A DNA stretch of 64,000 nt from Oscillospiraceae bacterium. GTDB taxonomy: Bacteria > Bacillota > Clostridia > UMGS1883 > UMGS1540. Positions 1 to 10,114 of the stretch are shown piece after piece. Below the pieces are notes generated by a model that did no database searches, was not told where the DNA came from, and saw only the letters and a program-made list of their open reading frames with translations. Every line of letters begins with the position of its first letter. The stretch's first letter is position 1. The position numbers and the translations under genes are program-made. The stretch covers positions 8,888 through 72,887 of the forward strand of contig SVJY01000004.1 in assembly GCA_015068765.1 (NCBI GenBank), read 5' to 3'.

Positions 1-1149
1 ACAGAGCCCCTTTTGGAATATTACCATAACTCCAGCTTTCTGGAGCACGGCGGCTCACCGGATCGGGCAGTAAAGACTGCCTTTGTTTCCGCGATTGATG
101 CCTATATCCGTGCCCAGAACAAGTATACAAAAGGAGAATCTAAGATTACCTTTGCGGATGTGCAGGACAGTCTTTGCCTTGTCATGAATTCCTTCTCAAC
201 CATGACCAGTTACGAAAACCAGACGAAAAAGGCAATTACTAATAAATTTATCGCCGAAGCGATGACGGAGTTCCTCCGCAAGAAGCTGGAAATTTACTTT
301 ATTGAAAACCGGGTGGAGGCAGAGAAGATTTCTGAGCAGATTCTTCTGAACAAGCGTAGCCGGGAAACAGCGGAAAAGACCCGTGTCAATCTGAAAAAGA
401 AGCTGGCAAAGAATATTGATGTGACAAACCGGGTCCAAAAATTTGTGGATTGCAGAACCAGGGACACGGAGCGGCGTGAGCTGTACATCGTGGAGGGTGA
501 CTCGGCTCTCGGCTCTGTAAAGCTTGCAAGAAATGCAGAATTCCAGGCGATTATGCCTGTCCGCGGTAAAATTCTAAACGTTTTAAAATGCGATTTGCCC
601 CGGATTTTCAAAAGTGACATCATTATGGATTTAATGCGTGTTTTGGGCTGTGGAATCGAAGTGAAAACCAAGGACTTTAATGCCTTTGATATGGAAAATC
701 TCCGATGGGATAAAATTATTATCTGTACCGATGCGGACGTGGACGGTTATCATATCCGCACCCAGATTCTGGCAATGATTTTCCGGCTGACGCCCACGCT
801 CATCCGGGAAGGCAAGGTATATATTGCCGAATCGCCGCTTTTTGAAATCACAACAAAAACCGATACGTATTTTGCCTATACCGAGCAGGAAAAGGCACAG
901 ATTCTGGAAATGCTGGGCAATACGAAGTGCACCATTCAGCGTTCCAAAGGTCTTGGCGAAAACAACCCGGACATGATGAGCAAAACCACCATGAATCCTG
1001 AATCCCGCCGTCTGATCCGTGTACTGCCGGAGGACGTCGAAAAGACAGCGGCGGTCTTTGAAATGCTCCTTGGGGATAATCTCCAGGGACGGAAAGACCA
1101 TATTGCCGAGGTGGGGGCACAGTATATTGAACTGGCAGACGTAATGTAA
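1..1149 (+). CDS. Type IIA topoisomerase B subunit (GyrB/ParE) C-terminal fragment, truncated at the window edge
   Basis: ORF is open to position 1. Toprim region with EGDSA motif, PVRGKILN, and the C-terminal tail typical of GyrB/ParE. Followed by an intrinsic terminator. Confidence 0.85.
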   Translation, partial: TEPLLEYYHNSSFLEHGGSPDRAVKTAFVSAIDAYIRAQNKYTKGESKITFADVQDSLCLVMNSFSTMTSYENQTKKAITNKFIAEAMTEFLRKKLEIYFIENRVEAEKISEQILLNKRSRETAEKTRVNLKKKLAKNIDVTNRVQKFVDCRTRDTERRELYIVEGDSALGSVKLARNAEFQAIMPVRGKILNVLKCDLPRIFKSDIIMDLMRVLGCGIEVKTKDFNAFDMENLRWDKIIICTDADVDGYHIRTQILAMIFRLTPTLIREGKVYIAESPLFEITTKTDTYFAYTEQEKAQILEMLGNTKCTIQRSKGLGENNPDMMSKTTMNPESRRLIRVLPEDVEKTAAVFEMLLGDNLQGRKDHIAEVGAQYIELADVM

Positions 1150-1164
1150 TGATGATTCAAAACA

Positions 1165-1200
1165 TCAAAAAAGCCGCACTCCTTGGTGCGGCTTTTTTTC
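1165..1200. terminator. Bidirectional rho-independent terminator between the topoisomerase gene and the EF-G paralog
   Basis: A-run, hairpin GCCGCAC-TCCTTG-GTGCGGC, then T-run. Symmetric A/T flanks. Confidence 0.7.
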
Positions 1201-1208
1201 ATTTCTGT

Positions 1209-3290
1209 TTATTTCTCTTCTTCGGCTTCTGCTTTGGCTTTTTCGATAATGGCCTGTGCTACGTTTGCCGGTGCTTCTTCGTAGCGGACAAATTCCAGAG
1301 TGAAGCTACCGCGTCCCTGTGTCATGGAGCGAAGATCGGTGGCATACTTATGCATTTCGCTCATGGGCACTTCTGCCTGCACAAGACCCATGCCCTTGCC
1401 CACATGGTCCATACCTAAGATACGGCCGCGGCGTTTGTTGGCATCACCAACGATATCGCCCATGTAGCTTTCCGGAACGCTGACCTGCAGTGTGCCGTAG
1501 GGTTCGAGAAGAACAGGGCCCGCCTGCTTCAGACCTTCCTTATATGCCAGAGAAGCGGCAACCTTAAATGCCATTTCAGAGGAGTCAACCGGATGGTAGG
1601 AGCCATCCACCAGTGTAGCTTTCAGACCTACAACCGGGTAGCCTGCCAGAACGCCCTTCTGGATGCATTCACGAAGACCCTTTTCAACAGCCGGGAAGAA
1701 GTTCTTCGGAACCGCACCGCCGAAAATGTTGGTTTCAAAAATCAGATCATCTGTATCGCCCGGTTCAAATTCAATCCAGACATCACCGAACTGACCGTGA
1801 CCGCCGGACTGTTTCTTATGTCTACCCTGTACCTTAACCTTCTTGCGGAGGGTTTCACGGTAAGGAACACGGGGTTCTATCAAATCAACGGCTACGCCGA
1901 ACTTCGTCTTCAGCTTGCTGACGATAACGTCCAGATGCTGTTCGCCGATACCGGAGATAACCTGCTGACGGGTTTCGGTATTGATTGCTACCTTGAAGCA
2001 GGGATCCTCTTCTTCCAGTTTATGGAGACCGCTACCGATCTTTTCTTCATCACCCTTTGCCTTAGGCACAATAGCCAGAGAAAGGTTGGGCTTGGGGAAG
2101 TTAATGCCTTCGAGTGTGATGGGATTAGTGGGCGAACAAAGCGTCTGCCCCGTCTGGGTGGCAGTCAGCTTTGTTACGGCACCGATATCGCCTGCGGTAA
2201 TGGAATCCACCTCAATCTGCTTTTTGCCGCGAAGTACATACAGCTTACCGATTTTTTCCTGCGAACCCGTCTGTGCATTCAGCACGGTGCTGTCTGCCTT
2301 CAGTGTACCGGAATACACACGGAAAATAGAAATCTTTCCTACGAACTGGTCAGCAACCGTCTTGAAAACAAGTGCGGAAAGCGGTGCATTCGGGTCGGGT
2401 TTTACCACCACGTCTTCCCCGTTTTTATCCTTGCCGATCACTTCGTTTAAGTTCAGCGGGCTGGGGAAGTAATCTGCAATCGCATCCATAACCTTCATCA
2501 CGCCCATATTCGCTGTGGCACTGCCGCAGAATACGGGGACGATTTCTTCTGCTTTGAAGCCGTCCTTAATCGCTGTTCTGATTTCCTCTACCGTAAACTC
2601 TTCGCCCTCAAAATATTTTTCCATCAGCTCTTCGCTGGTTTCTGCGATTGCTTCAATCAGGAGGCGACGTGCTTCTTCCAGTGTTTCTGTGCAGCTGTCC
2701 GGAATGGCATCCATCTGTATCCGCTTCGTGCCGTCAAAGCGGTAGGGAACCATTTTCACAACGTCTACATACCCGATGAACTTGCCGTCTTCCCGAATGG
2801 GAACCTGGAACGGTGCAACGGATTTTCCGAAGGTTTGGTCCAGCTCCTGCATCGTCCGCATAAAGTTGGCGTTTTCATCATCCATTTCGTTTACAAAGAA
2901 TGCGGCAGGAATTCTGGCCTCGCGGGTATAATCCCATGCCTTTTCCGCACCGACGGCTACGCCGCTCCGACCGGATACAAGGATAATGGCGGCACCGGCA
3001 ACACGGATACCTTCCTTCACTTCACCGACGAAATCAAAAAATCCCGGTGTGTCAATTACATTGATTTTCGTGCCGTTCCACTCGCAGGGCACCATAGATG
3101 TATTTATTGAAATAGAGCGTTTGGTCTCTTCCTGGTCATAGTCCGACAGTGTTGTACCGTCCACAATCTTTCCCAGTCTGTCCGTTGCTCCGGCATTAAA
3201 TGCCATTGCTTCGGCAAAGGACGTCTTTCCTGCACCACCATGACCTAAAAGCACAACGTTCCTGATTTTTTCTACTGCATACTTGTTCAT
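1209..3290 (-). CDS. Elongation factor G family GTPase (EF-G paralog)
   Basis: G-domain with GHGGAGKT P-loop and DTPG motif. EF-G domains II-V present. Start moved to the internal ATG at 3290 (MNKYAVEKIRN) preceded by a GGAGGAAATGG RBS; the longer ORF has no RBS. Confidence 0.85.
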   Translation of the reverse strand: MNKYAVEKIRNVVLLGHGGAGKTSFAEAMAFNAGATDRLGKIVDGTTLSDYDQEETKRSISINTSMVPCEWNGTKINVIDTPGFFDFVGEVKEGIRVAGAAIILVSGRSGVAVGAEKAWDYTREARIPAAFFVNEMDDENANFMRTMQELDQTFGKSVAPFQVPIREDGKFIGYVDVVKMVPYRFDGTKRIQMDAIPDSCTETLEEARRLLIEAIAETSEELMEKYFEGEEFTVEEIRTAIKDGFKAEEIVPVFCGSATANMGVMKVMDAIADYFPSPLNLNEVIGKDKNGEDVVVKPDPNAPLSALVFKTVADQFVGKISIFRVYSGTLKADSTVLNAQTGSQEKIGKLYVLRGKKQIEVDSITAGDIGAVTKLTATQTGQTLCSPTNPITLEGINFPKPNLSLAIVPKAKGDEEKIGSGLHKLEEEDPCFKVAINTETRQQVISGIGEQHLDVIVSKLKTKFGVAVDLIEPRVPYRETLRKKVKVQGRHKKQSGGHGQFGDVWIEFEPGDTDDLIFETNIFGGAVPKNFFPAVEKGLRECIQKGVLAGYPVVGLKATLVDGSYHPVDSSEMAFKVAASLAYKEGLKQAGPVLLEPYGTLQVSVPESYMGDIVGDANKRRGRILGMDHVGKGMGLVQAEVPMSEMHKYATDLRSMTQGRGSFTLEFVRYEEAPANVAQAIIEKAKAEAEEEK

Positions 3291-3461
3291 ACCATTTCCT
3301 CCTCGTATATATAAAAAGTTCTGGGTTTCCGTTTCAGCCGCCGGGGGCGTCGTACGTTTTCTATCCCGATACCTTATATTATAATATAAAAAACAAAAAT
3401 ACGGAATGCCTATTTTAGACAATCTTTTTTTGCATTTTTTAGTCAAAATGCACAAACATTC

Positions 3462-4238
3462 TTATCGAGCATCATAGAATCGCACCGTTCCGTCCTCTGT
3501 TTCCACCTTCCAGACGGGGACAGCGTCTGCCGTATGATACCCTTCCTCCGCCAGAAAAACCGCATATCCGTTTTCCACACGGGTAACGGTATGATTCCCG
3601 TCGGTTTCCTGCAGGAAAGAAAGAAGCGCACTCGTGGCATCCCGAATCACACCGCGTTCCTTGGCGGCTGTTACGACTTCCGCCCACACGCCCTCCATAC
3701 GGGCGACCGTTCCGTCACCGGCCGGATAGACCGTGAGACTGTATTGGAAGAGGGGTAGGCCGTTCACCTTCTGTACAAACCGAACAATGCCGTCCTCCAC
3801 CGTCCCCTCGGCATACTCCATGGAAAAGCCCATGTCTTCCAGTGCCTTTTTCATCGCTTTTACACTTTTTTTGTCAGCCGGTACTGCTTCCGCGGTGCCG
3901 GTATAGATAAATCCCTTTTGCGGGAAGGTGACACTTTTTCCGTCCCGTCGCCAGACAGTGCCGAACCGTGCCGCCGTCCCCCCAAGAAGCCGGGCGGCAA
4001 ACTCGTCCGGATTTGCTTTAGGGTTTTCCAGCGTCAGCGTTCCCATACGGGGGGTTTTATAGGGTACCTTGGCAGAGACAGTTACGCCGTTTTGCTCCAA
4101 AATGGCCACCGCGCCGTCCACCCTCTCCCGTATGGCACGGGATCCGGAAAAGGCATCGATTCCCAGCATGACCGCCAGAAAAATATTGATGGCGGCAAAC
4201 AAAAAAATGAGTACGGTTTTTATGCGATACCAATTCAT
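3462..4238 (-). CDS. Membrane-anchored hypothetical protein, YycI-like
   Basis: Single N-terminal TM (MNWYRIKTVLIFLFAAINIFLAVM) resembling the YycI/YycH N-terminus, followed by an extracytoplasmic domain. RBS GGGGTGAGGGT. Directly downstream of the DUF1624 gene. Confidence 0.5.
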   Translation of the reverse strand: MNWYRIKTVLIFLFAAINIFLAVMLGIDAFSGSRAIRERVDGAVAILEQNGVTVSAKVPYKTPRMGTLTLENPKANPDEFAARLLGGTAARFGTVWRRDGKSVTFPQKGFIYTGTAEAVPADKKSVKAMKKALEDMGFSMEYAEGTVEDGIVRFVQKVNGLPLFQYSLTVYPAGDGTVARMEGVWAEVVTAAKERGVIRDATSALLSFLQETDGNHTVTRVENGYAVFLAEEGYHTADAVPVWKVETEDGTVRFYDAR

Positions 4239-4242
4239 ACCC

Positions 4243-4983
4243 TCACCCCTTCATAAGTGTTTCAAACAGGAAAAATATACCGAAAATAATCGGCTGATGC
4301 AAAAGATAGATTGCTAAGCTGTGCCGACCACAAAATGCCAGAAAACGGCAATGTATCCTACCCCTCGGCAGTGGGAGCCGTCCGATGAAAACACCGGCGG
4401 CAAACAGGAAAATATGGGGCAGAAGCGGTACATAATCAAGGCTCTGGAAGGCGGGGCTCGGAAAGCCCACGGCCGTCAGCACCCCACCGCTGTACCATGC
4501 GGCAGGCAGGGAATGGTGCAGAAGAAAGCCGTCGGAAATGCGGTAAGTTATCGCATACAAAATAACGGACAGCACCAATCCCCAAACCGGGGGGATTTTT
4601 TCGGTCAGCCGTCTTCCCGGCACCTCTAACGCCATACAGACAGCCAGACAGTGCAAAACCCCAAACCAAATTGTCTGGGCAGGGAAAACCGCATAGGTGA
4701 CCGCCGTGACCGCCACGGCACCAAAAAGCACACGTCCCACCCGTCCCCACGGGCGGCGTGTCATATGGGAGCATATGCCGGAAAGCCCCAGAAAAACGGC
4801 TACAAAAATGGTATGTAAAACACCAAGAAACCGGCTTTCCATCACCGTTTCCAGCCAAGGAAAGGGCAGATGTAAAAAGTCGCTTAGGTTAAAAGCGATA
4901 TGGTAAAGAATCATTGCAACGACTGCAAGACCCCGCAGCTCATCAATCCAGCCGATGCGTGTGCTTTTTTGTTCCATGTTCAC
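4243..4983 (-). CDS. DUF1624 (heparan-alpha-glucosaminide N-acetyltransferase-like) polytopic membrane protein
   Basis: N-terminal IDELRGLAVVAMILYHIAFNL motif and multiple TM helices characteristic of DUF1624/acyltransferase-3-like proteins. Confidence 0.6.
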   Translation of the reverse strand: MNMEQKSTRIGWIDELRGLAVVAMILYHIAFNLSDFLHLPFPWLETVMESRFLGVLHTIFVAVFLGLSGICSHMTRRPWGRVGRVLFGAVAVTAVTYAVFPAQTIWFGVLHCLAVCMALEVPGRRLTEKIPPVWGLVLSVILYAITYRISDGFLLHHSLPAAWYSGGVLTAVGFPSPAFQSLDYVPLLPHIFLFAAGVFIGRLPLPRGRIHCRFLAFCGRHSLAIYLLHQPIIFGIFFLFETLMKG

Positions 4984-5143
4984 AGCTCCTTTTTTTCAGT
5001 GTACCATAAAAGACCGGAAAATGCAATCTTTTCTGCATACATTTCCCCTTTTCTAAAAAAAGTCTGGCATTTTCTTCCAAAGTATGCTATACTTATATAT
5101 GTATGAAAATTTTTAGGCTTTTAGGCTGTAAGGAGGCTTTCCA

Positions 5144-5956
5144 TTGGCTTATCTTCAATCTGCAATTTTAGGACTTGTGCAGGGGCTGACGGAGTTCTTG
5201 CCCGTTTCCAGTTCCGGTCATCTTGCCATTTTTAAGCGTATTCTGGGCACGGAAACTTTTTCCGTCTCGCTTACGATGGATATTCTGCTCCATGTCGGCA
5301 CCCTCGTTGCCGTGTTTATGGTATACTATAAAGACATCTGGGCACTTGTGCGGGAGTTTTTCTGTATGCTTTGGGACCTTGTTCGGGGAAAGCCGGATTT
5401 TTCCACACCCTATCGCCGCTTCGTGCTTATGGTACTGCTCGGCTCTGTGCCGGCGGCATTTGCCGGCGTGATTGTAAAGGATGCCATCAGCACGCTGCCC
5501 CTTTTCTGCGTGGGGATTGCTCTATTTGTAACTGCACTGCTCCTATGGCTTTCCGATCGAATTGTAGGCAGCCACAAAACCATGGCCTCCGCTTCCCTTC
5601 CCTCCGCACTTTTGGTAGGTCTTTTTCAAGCGGTGGCGATTCTGCCCGGCATCAGCCGTTCCGGCTCCACCATTGTGGGTGCAAGACTTGCCGGATACAG
5701 CCGTGAATTTGCAGTGAAATTTTCTTTTATTTTATCAGTTCCTGCCATTTTAGGTGCGGCTCTTTTAGACGGGATTGATATTTTACAGGGTGCGGCACCT
5801 GCCATAGCCATAGGGCCTGCCCTCTTAGGCATGGTCGTGGCGGCACTCAGCGGTTTTCTGGCTATTCGCCTTCTGATTCGCCTTGTACAAAAGAGTAAGT
5901 TTCACTATTTCGCCTACTACTGCATGCTGGCAGGTATAGTTGCGATTGTTTTATAA
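5144..5956 (+). CDS. uppP: Undecaprenyl-diphosphatase UppP (BacA)
   Basis: GLVQGLTEFLPVSSSGHL and PGISRSGSTI signature motifs. 270 aa polytopic membrane protein. Confidence 0.92.
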   Translation: MAYLQSAILGLVQGLTEFLPVSSSGHLAIFKRILGTETFSVSLTMDILLHVGTLVAVFMVYYKDIWALVREFFCMLWDLVRGKPDFSTPYRRFVLMVLLGSVPAAFAGVIVKDAISTLPLFCVGIALFVTALLLWLSDRIVGSHKTMASASLPSALLVGLFQAVAILPGISRSGSTIVGARLAGYSREFAVKFSFILSVPAILGAALLDGIDILQGAAPAIAIGPALLGMVVAALSGFLAIRLLIRLVQKSKFHYFAYYCMLAGIVAIVL

Positions 5957-5976
5957 AAAATAACGGAGGATTTACC

Positions 5977-8253
5977 ATGGCTGAGAGAAAACGAATTCCG
6001 GCAAAAAGCAAGAAAACAGGTGTATCCCGAGAGCTCCGGGCGGTTATTCTGATTGCCCTGGGCATTATTGCGGCACTCTGTTTTTATACAGAGGCTTCCG
6101 CCTCCCCTTTAGGCGGTGCCGTGAAAGCCTTCGGGCTCGGTATGCTGGGCAACGTAGGGTATTTCCTGCCCCCCTTCCTCCTGGTCTACGGTGTGCATAA
6201 TCTGATAAAACAGGATTTTTCCCCCTATCGGAACCGTTACATACTGATACTGGTCTTTATGCTTCTCAGTGCCGGTCTTTTGCATCTTTTCCGGGGCGAA
6301 ATCTCTTGGGATTTCGGCCTGCATTACACGAGTCAGCGTGCCGGCGGTATTCTCGGTGCACTCCTTGCCACTGTACTGGTAAAGCTTACCGGAAAGGCTA
6401 TTTCGGTTGTGATTTTCCTTCTGCTTCTTTTGCTGACGTTTATCGGGATTACCGGCATATCTCTGCCTGAGGCTATAGAGAAGCTCCGGGTGCGTATTGC
6501 GGCTCTCCTTGCCGCCAGAAAGGCAAAAGAGAAAACGCCGACACCCGCTCCGGAAAAACCTGTCCGGCAGAAAAAAGTGCCGGCGGCAAAGACAGAAGAT
6601 AAGGAAGAAGAGCCCTTCGATTTTGATAAAATTAAAATCTTTACTCATGACCAGATGACGGTCAATGATATGCCCACAGACGAAGAAATCCCCATTTCCG
6701 AGCCGGAGAACAAAGCGACTGTGCCGTCTGTCTCCCCCGCGGAAGAGAAGGAGGAAATCGGTCCGCCGGTGGCCGTGTCGGAAATCGAAGCGGAAATCAC
6801 GGAGCGGAAAGCCGAACGAATCTATATTTACCCATCCACAGACCTTCTGGCAAAGCCGAAGCTGACAAAGTCGGACAAGCCCGAGGATTTGCGTGAAAGT
6901 GCCAAAAAACTCGTTGATACGCTGAAAAGCTTCGGTGTGGAAGCCAAAATTTTAGAGGTAACAAAGGGACCCAATATTACCCGGTATGAATTACAGCCCT
7001 CTGCCGGTGTCAAGGTCAGCAAAATTGTGAATCTCGCTGATGATATTGCCTTAAACCTTGCCGCAACCGCTGTTCGTATCGAAGCCCCGATCCCCGGCAA
7101 GGCGGCAGTGGGAATTGAAGTACCTAACAAAAATGCTGCCACGGTAACGCTTCGGGAAATGCTGGAAACGCAGGAATTCAGAGACTTTAAGGCAAAGACT
7201 GCCTTTGCGGTAGGTAAGAACATTTCCGGGCAGACGCTTGTTGCCGATCTTTCCAAAATGCCGCATCTTCTCATTGCAGGTGCTACCGGCTCCGGTAAGA
7301 GCGTGTGTATTAACACCTTAATTGCCAGCCTTATTTACAAGGCTTCCCCGGACGATGTGCGGCTTCTGATGATTGACCCCAAGGTTGTGGAGCTGAAGGT
7401 GTATAACGGACTGCCCCACCTTCTGATTCCCGTGGTGACGGACCCCCGGAAGGCGGCCGGTGCCTTAAACTGGGCGGTGACGGAAATGCTCCGGCGGTAC
7501 AAGCTGTTTTCCGAAAGCAACGTGCGTAATCTCGCAGGCTATAATGAATATTTGGTCAGCGAAGGCGAAAAGACCATGGAATCCGTGATTATCATCGTGG
7601 ACGAGCTGGCAGACCTTATGATGGCCGCCCCCCACGAGGTAGAGGATGCCATTTGCCGTCTGGCACAGATGGGACGTGCGGCAGGTATGCACCTGGTTAT
7701 CGCTACCCAGCGTCCCAGCGTAGACGTTATCACAGGACTTATCAAAGCTAACATTCCCTCCCGTATCGCTTTTGCGGTATCCAGCCAGATTGACAGCCGC
7801 ACCATCCTGGATATGATGGGTGCAGAAAAGCTACTCGGTAAGGGTGATATGCTCTACTTACCCTTTGGTGCCGCAAAGCCCATCCGCCTGCAAGGTGCCT
7901 TTATATCCGACAAGGAGGTAGAGGATCTCGTAAACTTTGTGAAAGGTGACGAGGAAGCCGAATACGACGAGGAAATTCTGGAAAAACTGGAGCATGGAGA
8001 GGAAAACTGCGAGGATGACCCCGGCGACAGTGATGAACTGCTTTCCCAAGCCATTGAAATTGCCGTGGAAAGCGGGCAGATATCGGTTTCCATGGTACAG
8101 CGTCGTCTCAAGGTAGGCTACAGCCGTGCTGGCCGTATTGTCGACCAAATGGAGGCAAGAGGGATTATCGGCCCGCACGAGGGCTCTAAGCCCCGACAGG
8201 TGCTGATTACCAAACAACAGTATTATGAAATGACAATGCATTCGGAAGAATAA
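5977..8253 (+). CDS. ftsK: DNA translocase FtsK/SpoIIIE
   Basis: N-terminal 4-TM segment, P/E/K-rich linker, motor domain with Walker A GATGSGKSV, C-terminal gamma winged-helix domain. Confidence 0.92.
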   Translation: MAERKRIPAKSKKTGVSRELRAVILIALGIIAALCFYTEASASPLGGAVKAFGLGMLGNVGYFLPPFLLVYGVHNLIKQDFSPYRNRYILILVFMLLSAGLLHLFRGEISWDFGLHYTSQRAGGILGALLATVLVKLTGKAISVVIFLLLLLLTFIGITGISLPEAIEKLRVRIAALLAARKAKEKTPTPAPEKPVRQKKVPAAKTEDKEEEPFDFDKIKIFTHDQMTVNDMPTDEEIPISEPENKATVPSVSPAEEKEEIGPPVAVSEIEAEITERKAERIYIYPSTDLLAKPKLTKSDKPEDLRESAKKLVDTLKSFGVEAKILEVTKGPNITRYELQPSAGVKVSKIVNLADDIALNLAATAVRIEAPIPGKAAVGIEVPNKNAATVTLREMLETQEFRDFKAKTAFAVGKNISGQTLVADLSKMPHLLIAGATGSGKSVCINTLIASLIYKASPDDVRLLMIDPKVVELKVYNGLPHLLIPVVTDPRKAAGALNWAVTEMLRRYKLFSESNVRNLAGYNEYLVSEGEKTMESVIIIVDELADLMMAAPHEVEDAICRLAQMGRAAGMHLVIATQRPSVDVITGLIKANIPSRIAFAVSSQIDSRTILDMMGAEKLLGKGDMLYLPFGAAKPIRLQGAFISDKEVEDLVNFVKGDEEAEYDEEILEKLEHGEENCEDDPGDSDELLSQAIEIAVESGQISVSMVQRRLKVGYSRAGRIVDQMEARGIIGPHEGSKPRQVLITKQQYYEMTMHSEE

Positions 8254-8266
8254 GGAGGCGTTAAAC

Positions 8267-10051
8267 ATGCAGATTACGAAGGACATCTTATATGTAGGTG
8301 TCAACGACCACGCGGTGGATTTGTTTGAAGGGCAGTATACCGTTCCAAATGGTATGTCCTACAATTCCTATGTGATTAAAGACGAAAAGATTGCCGTTAT
8401 GGACACGGTGGACAGCCATTTTGGTCACCAGTGGCTGGACAACCTGGCGGAAGCCTTTGCCGGACGGAAGCCGGACTACCTGATTGTTCAGCACATGGAA
8501 CCGGACCATTCGGCACAGATTGCCAACTTTATGCAGGTGTACCCCGAGGCACAGATTGTATCCAGTGCCAAGGCCTTTACCATGATGCGTCAGTTCTTCG
8601 GCACCGATTTTGAAGGACGGCAGGTCGTAGTGGGCGAAGGAAGCACCCTGTCCTTAGGCCGTCACCAGTTGACCTTTGTGACCGCACCCATGGTACACTG
8701 GCCGGAGGTGATTGTTACCTATGACAGCACGGATAAAGTGCTGTTCTCCGCTGACGGATTCGGCAAATTCGGTGCACTGGACACAGAAGAGGAATGGGCC
8801 TGCGAAGCAAGGCGGTACTATATCGGCATCGTGGGCAAATACGGTGCCCAGGTACAGAAGCTTCTGGAAAAAGCCGCCGGCCTGGATATTGCCATCATCT
8901 GCCCTCTGCACGGGCCGGTGCTGACAGAAAACCTCGACTACTATTTGGGTCTTTATAACACATGGTCCTCCTACGAAGCAGAGGATGACGGTGTACTGAT
9001 TGCCTACACCTCTATTTACGGCAATACAAAAGCGGCCGCCCTCTCCCTTGCGGAAAAAATGCGTGCGGCAGGTTGCCCCCATGTGGCAGTAACGGATCTT
9101 GCACGGGACGATATGGCAGAGGCGGTGGAGGATGCCTTCCGCTATTCCAAGCTGGTGCTTGCCTCTCCTACCTACAATGCCGGCATTTTCCCCTTTATGC
9201 GTACATTTATTGACGGACTTGTGGAGCGAAACTACCAAAACCGCACCGTCGCCTTTATTGAAAACGGCTCATGGGCACCACAGGCGGCAAAGGTAATGGC
9301 AGAAATGCTTGCCGGCTGTAAAAACATCACGTTTGCAAAAAATACCGTCCGGATACTGTCTGCCATGGACGATGCGGCCAAAAAGGCCCTGGACGCCCTC
9401 TGTGATGAGCTCTGTGTGGAGTACAAGGCACAAAAAGGGGAAGAAAAGAACGATTTGTCTGCCCTGTTTAAAATCGGATACGGTCTTTATGTGGTTACGT
9501 CGCACGACGGAAAGAAGGATAACGGTCTGATTGTCAACAGCGTGTCCCAGCTGACAAGCAATCCGAACCGGGTGGCCGTGACAATCAACAAGGAAAACTA
9601 TTCGCACCATGTTATTGAAAAGACAGGAAAAATGAATCTGTGCTGTCTTTCCCAGGATGCACCCTTCCGCATTTTTGAAACCTTTGGCTTTAAGAGTGGT
9701 CGCACAGCAGATAAGTTTGCCGATATGGAGGTGCTCCGTGCAGATAACGGCCTTGCCTTCCTGCCCCGGTATATCAATTCCTTCATGTCCCTTTCGGTGG
9801 AGCAGTATATGGACCTTGGCACCCACGGCATGTTCGTCTGCAGTGTGACGGAGGCACGTGTGATCTCCGATACGGAAACCATGACCTATACCTATTACCA
9901 TAAAAATGTGAAGCCAAAGCCCAAAACAGAGGGCAAAAAGGGCTTTGTATGTAAAATATGCGGCTATGTCTACGAGGGCGATACCTTGCCTGAGGATTTC
10001 ACCTGTCCCCTATGTAAGCACGGGGCATCGGATTTTGCACCGATAGAGTAA
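8267..10051 (+). CDS. Multi-domain flavodiiron protein (metallo-beta-lactamase diiron core + flavodoxin + flavin-reductase-like domain + C-terminal rubredoxin)
   Basis: HMEPDH diiron motif, flavodoxin segment (IAYTSIYGNTK), FMN-binding split-barrel flavin-reductase-like segment, and a terminal CKICGYVYEG...CPLCKHG rubredoxin. Confidence 0.85.
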   Translation: MQITKDILYVGVNDHAVDLFEGQYTVPNGMSYNSYVIKDEKIAVMDTVDSHFGHQWLDNLAEAFAGRKPDYLIVQHMEPDHSAQIANFMQVYPEAQIVSSAKAFTMMRQFFGTDFEGRQVVVGEGSTLSLGRHQLTFVTAPMVHWPEVIVTYDSTDKVLFSADGFGKFGALDTEEEWACEARRYYIGIVGKYGAQVQKLLEKAAGLDIAIICPLHGPVLTENLDYYLGLYNTWSSYEAEDDGVLIAYTSIYGNTKAAALSLAEKMRAAGCPHVAVTDLARDDMAEAVEDAFRYSKLVLASPTYNAGIFPFMRTFIDGLVERNYQNRTVAFIENGSWAPQAAKVMAEMLAGCKNITFAKNTVRILSAMDDAAKKALDALCDELCVEYKAQKGEEKNDLSALFKIGYGLYVVTSHDGKKDNGLIVNSVSQLTSNPNRVAVTINKENYSHHVIEKTGKMNLCCLSQDAPFRIFETFGFKSGRTADKFADMEVLRADNGLAFLPRYINSFMSLSVEQYMDLGTHGMFVCSVTEARVISDTETMTYTYYHKNVKPKPKTEGKKGFVCKICGYVYEGDTLPEDFTCPLCKHGASDFAPIE

Positions 10052-10062
10052 AAGAAAACTAT

Positions 10063-10100
10063 AAAAACTGACCTCGTAACAGAAGTCAGTTTTTCTTTTC
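10063..10100. terminator. Bidirectional intrinsic terminator
   Basis: Hairpin AAACTGAC-ctcgtaacagaa-GTCAGTTTTT with flanking A/T runs, between convergent genes. Confidence 0.65.
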
Positions 10101-10114
10101 CGTCCTTTTCGGTA

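Noticed and set aside
1593-2472. Long + strand ORFs (285 aa and 163 aa) inside the EF-G paralog gene
   Set aside because: Antisense shadow ORFs within a well-supported GTPase gene. No RBS, low-complexity translations.
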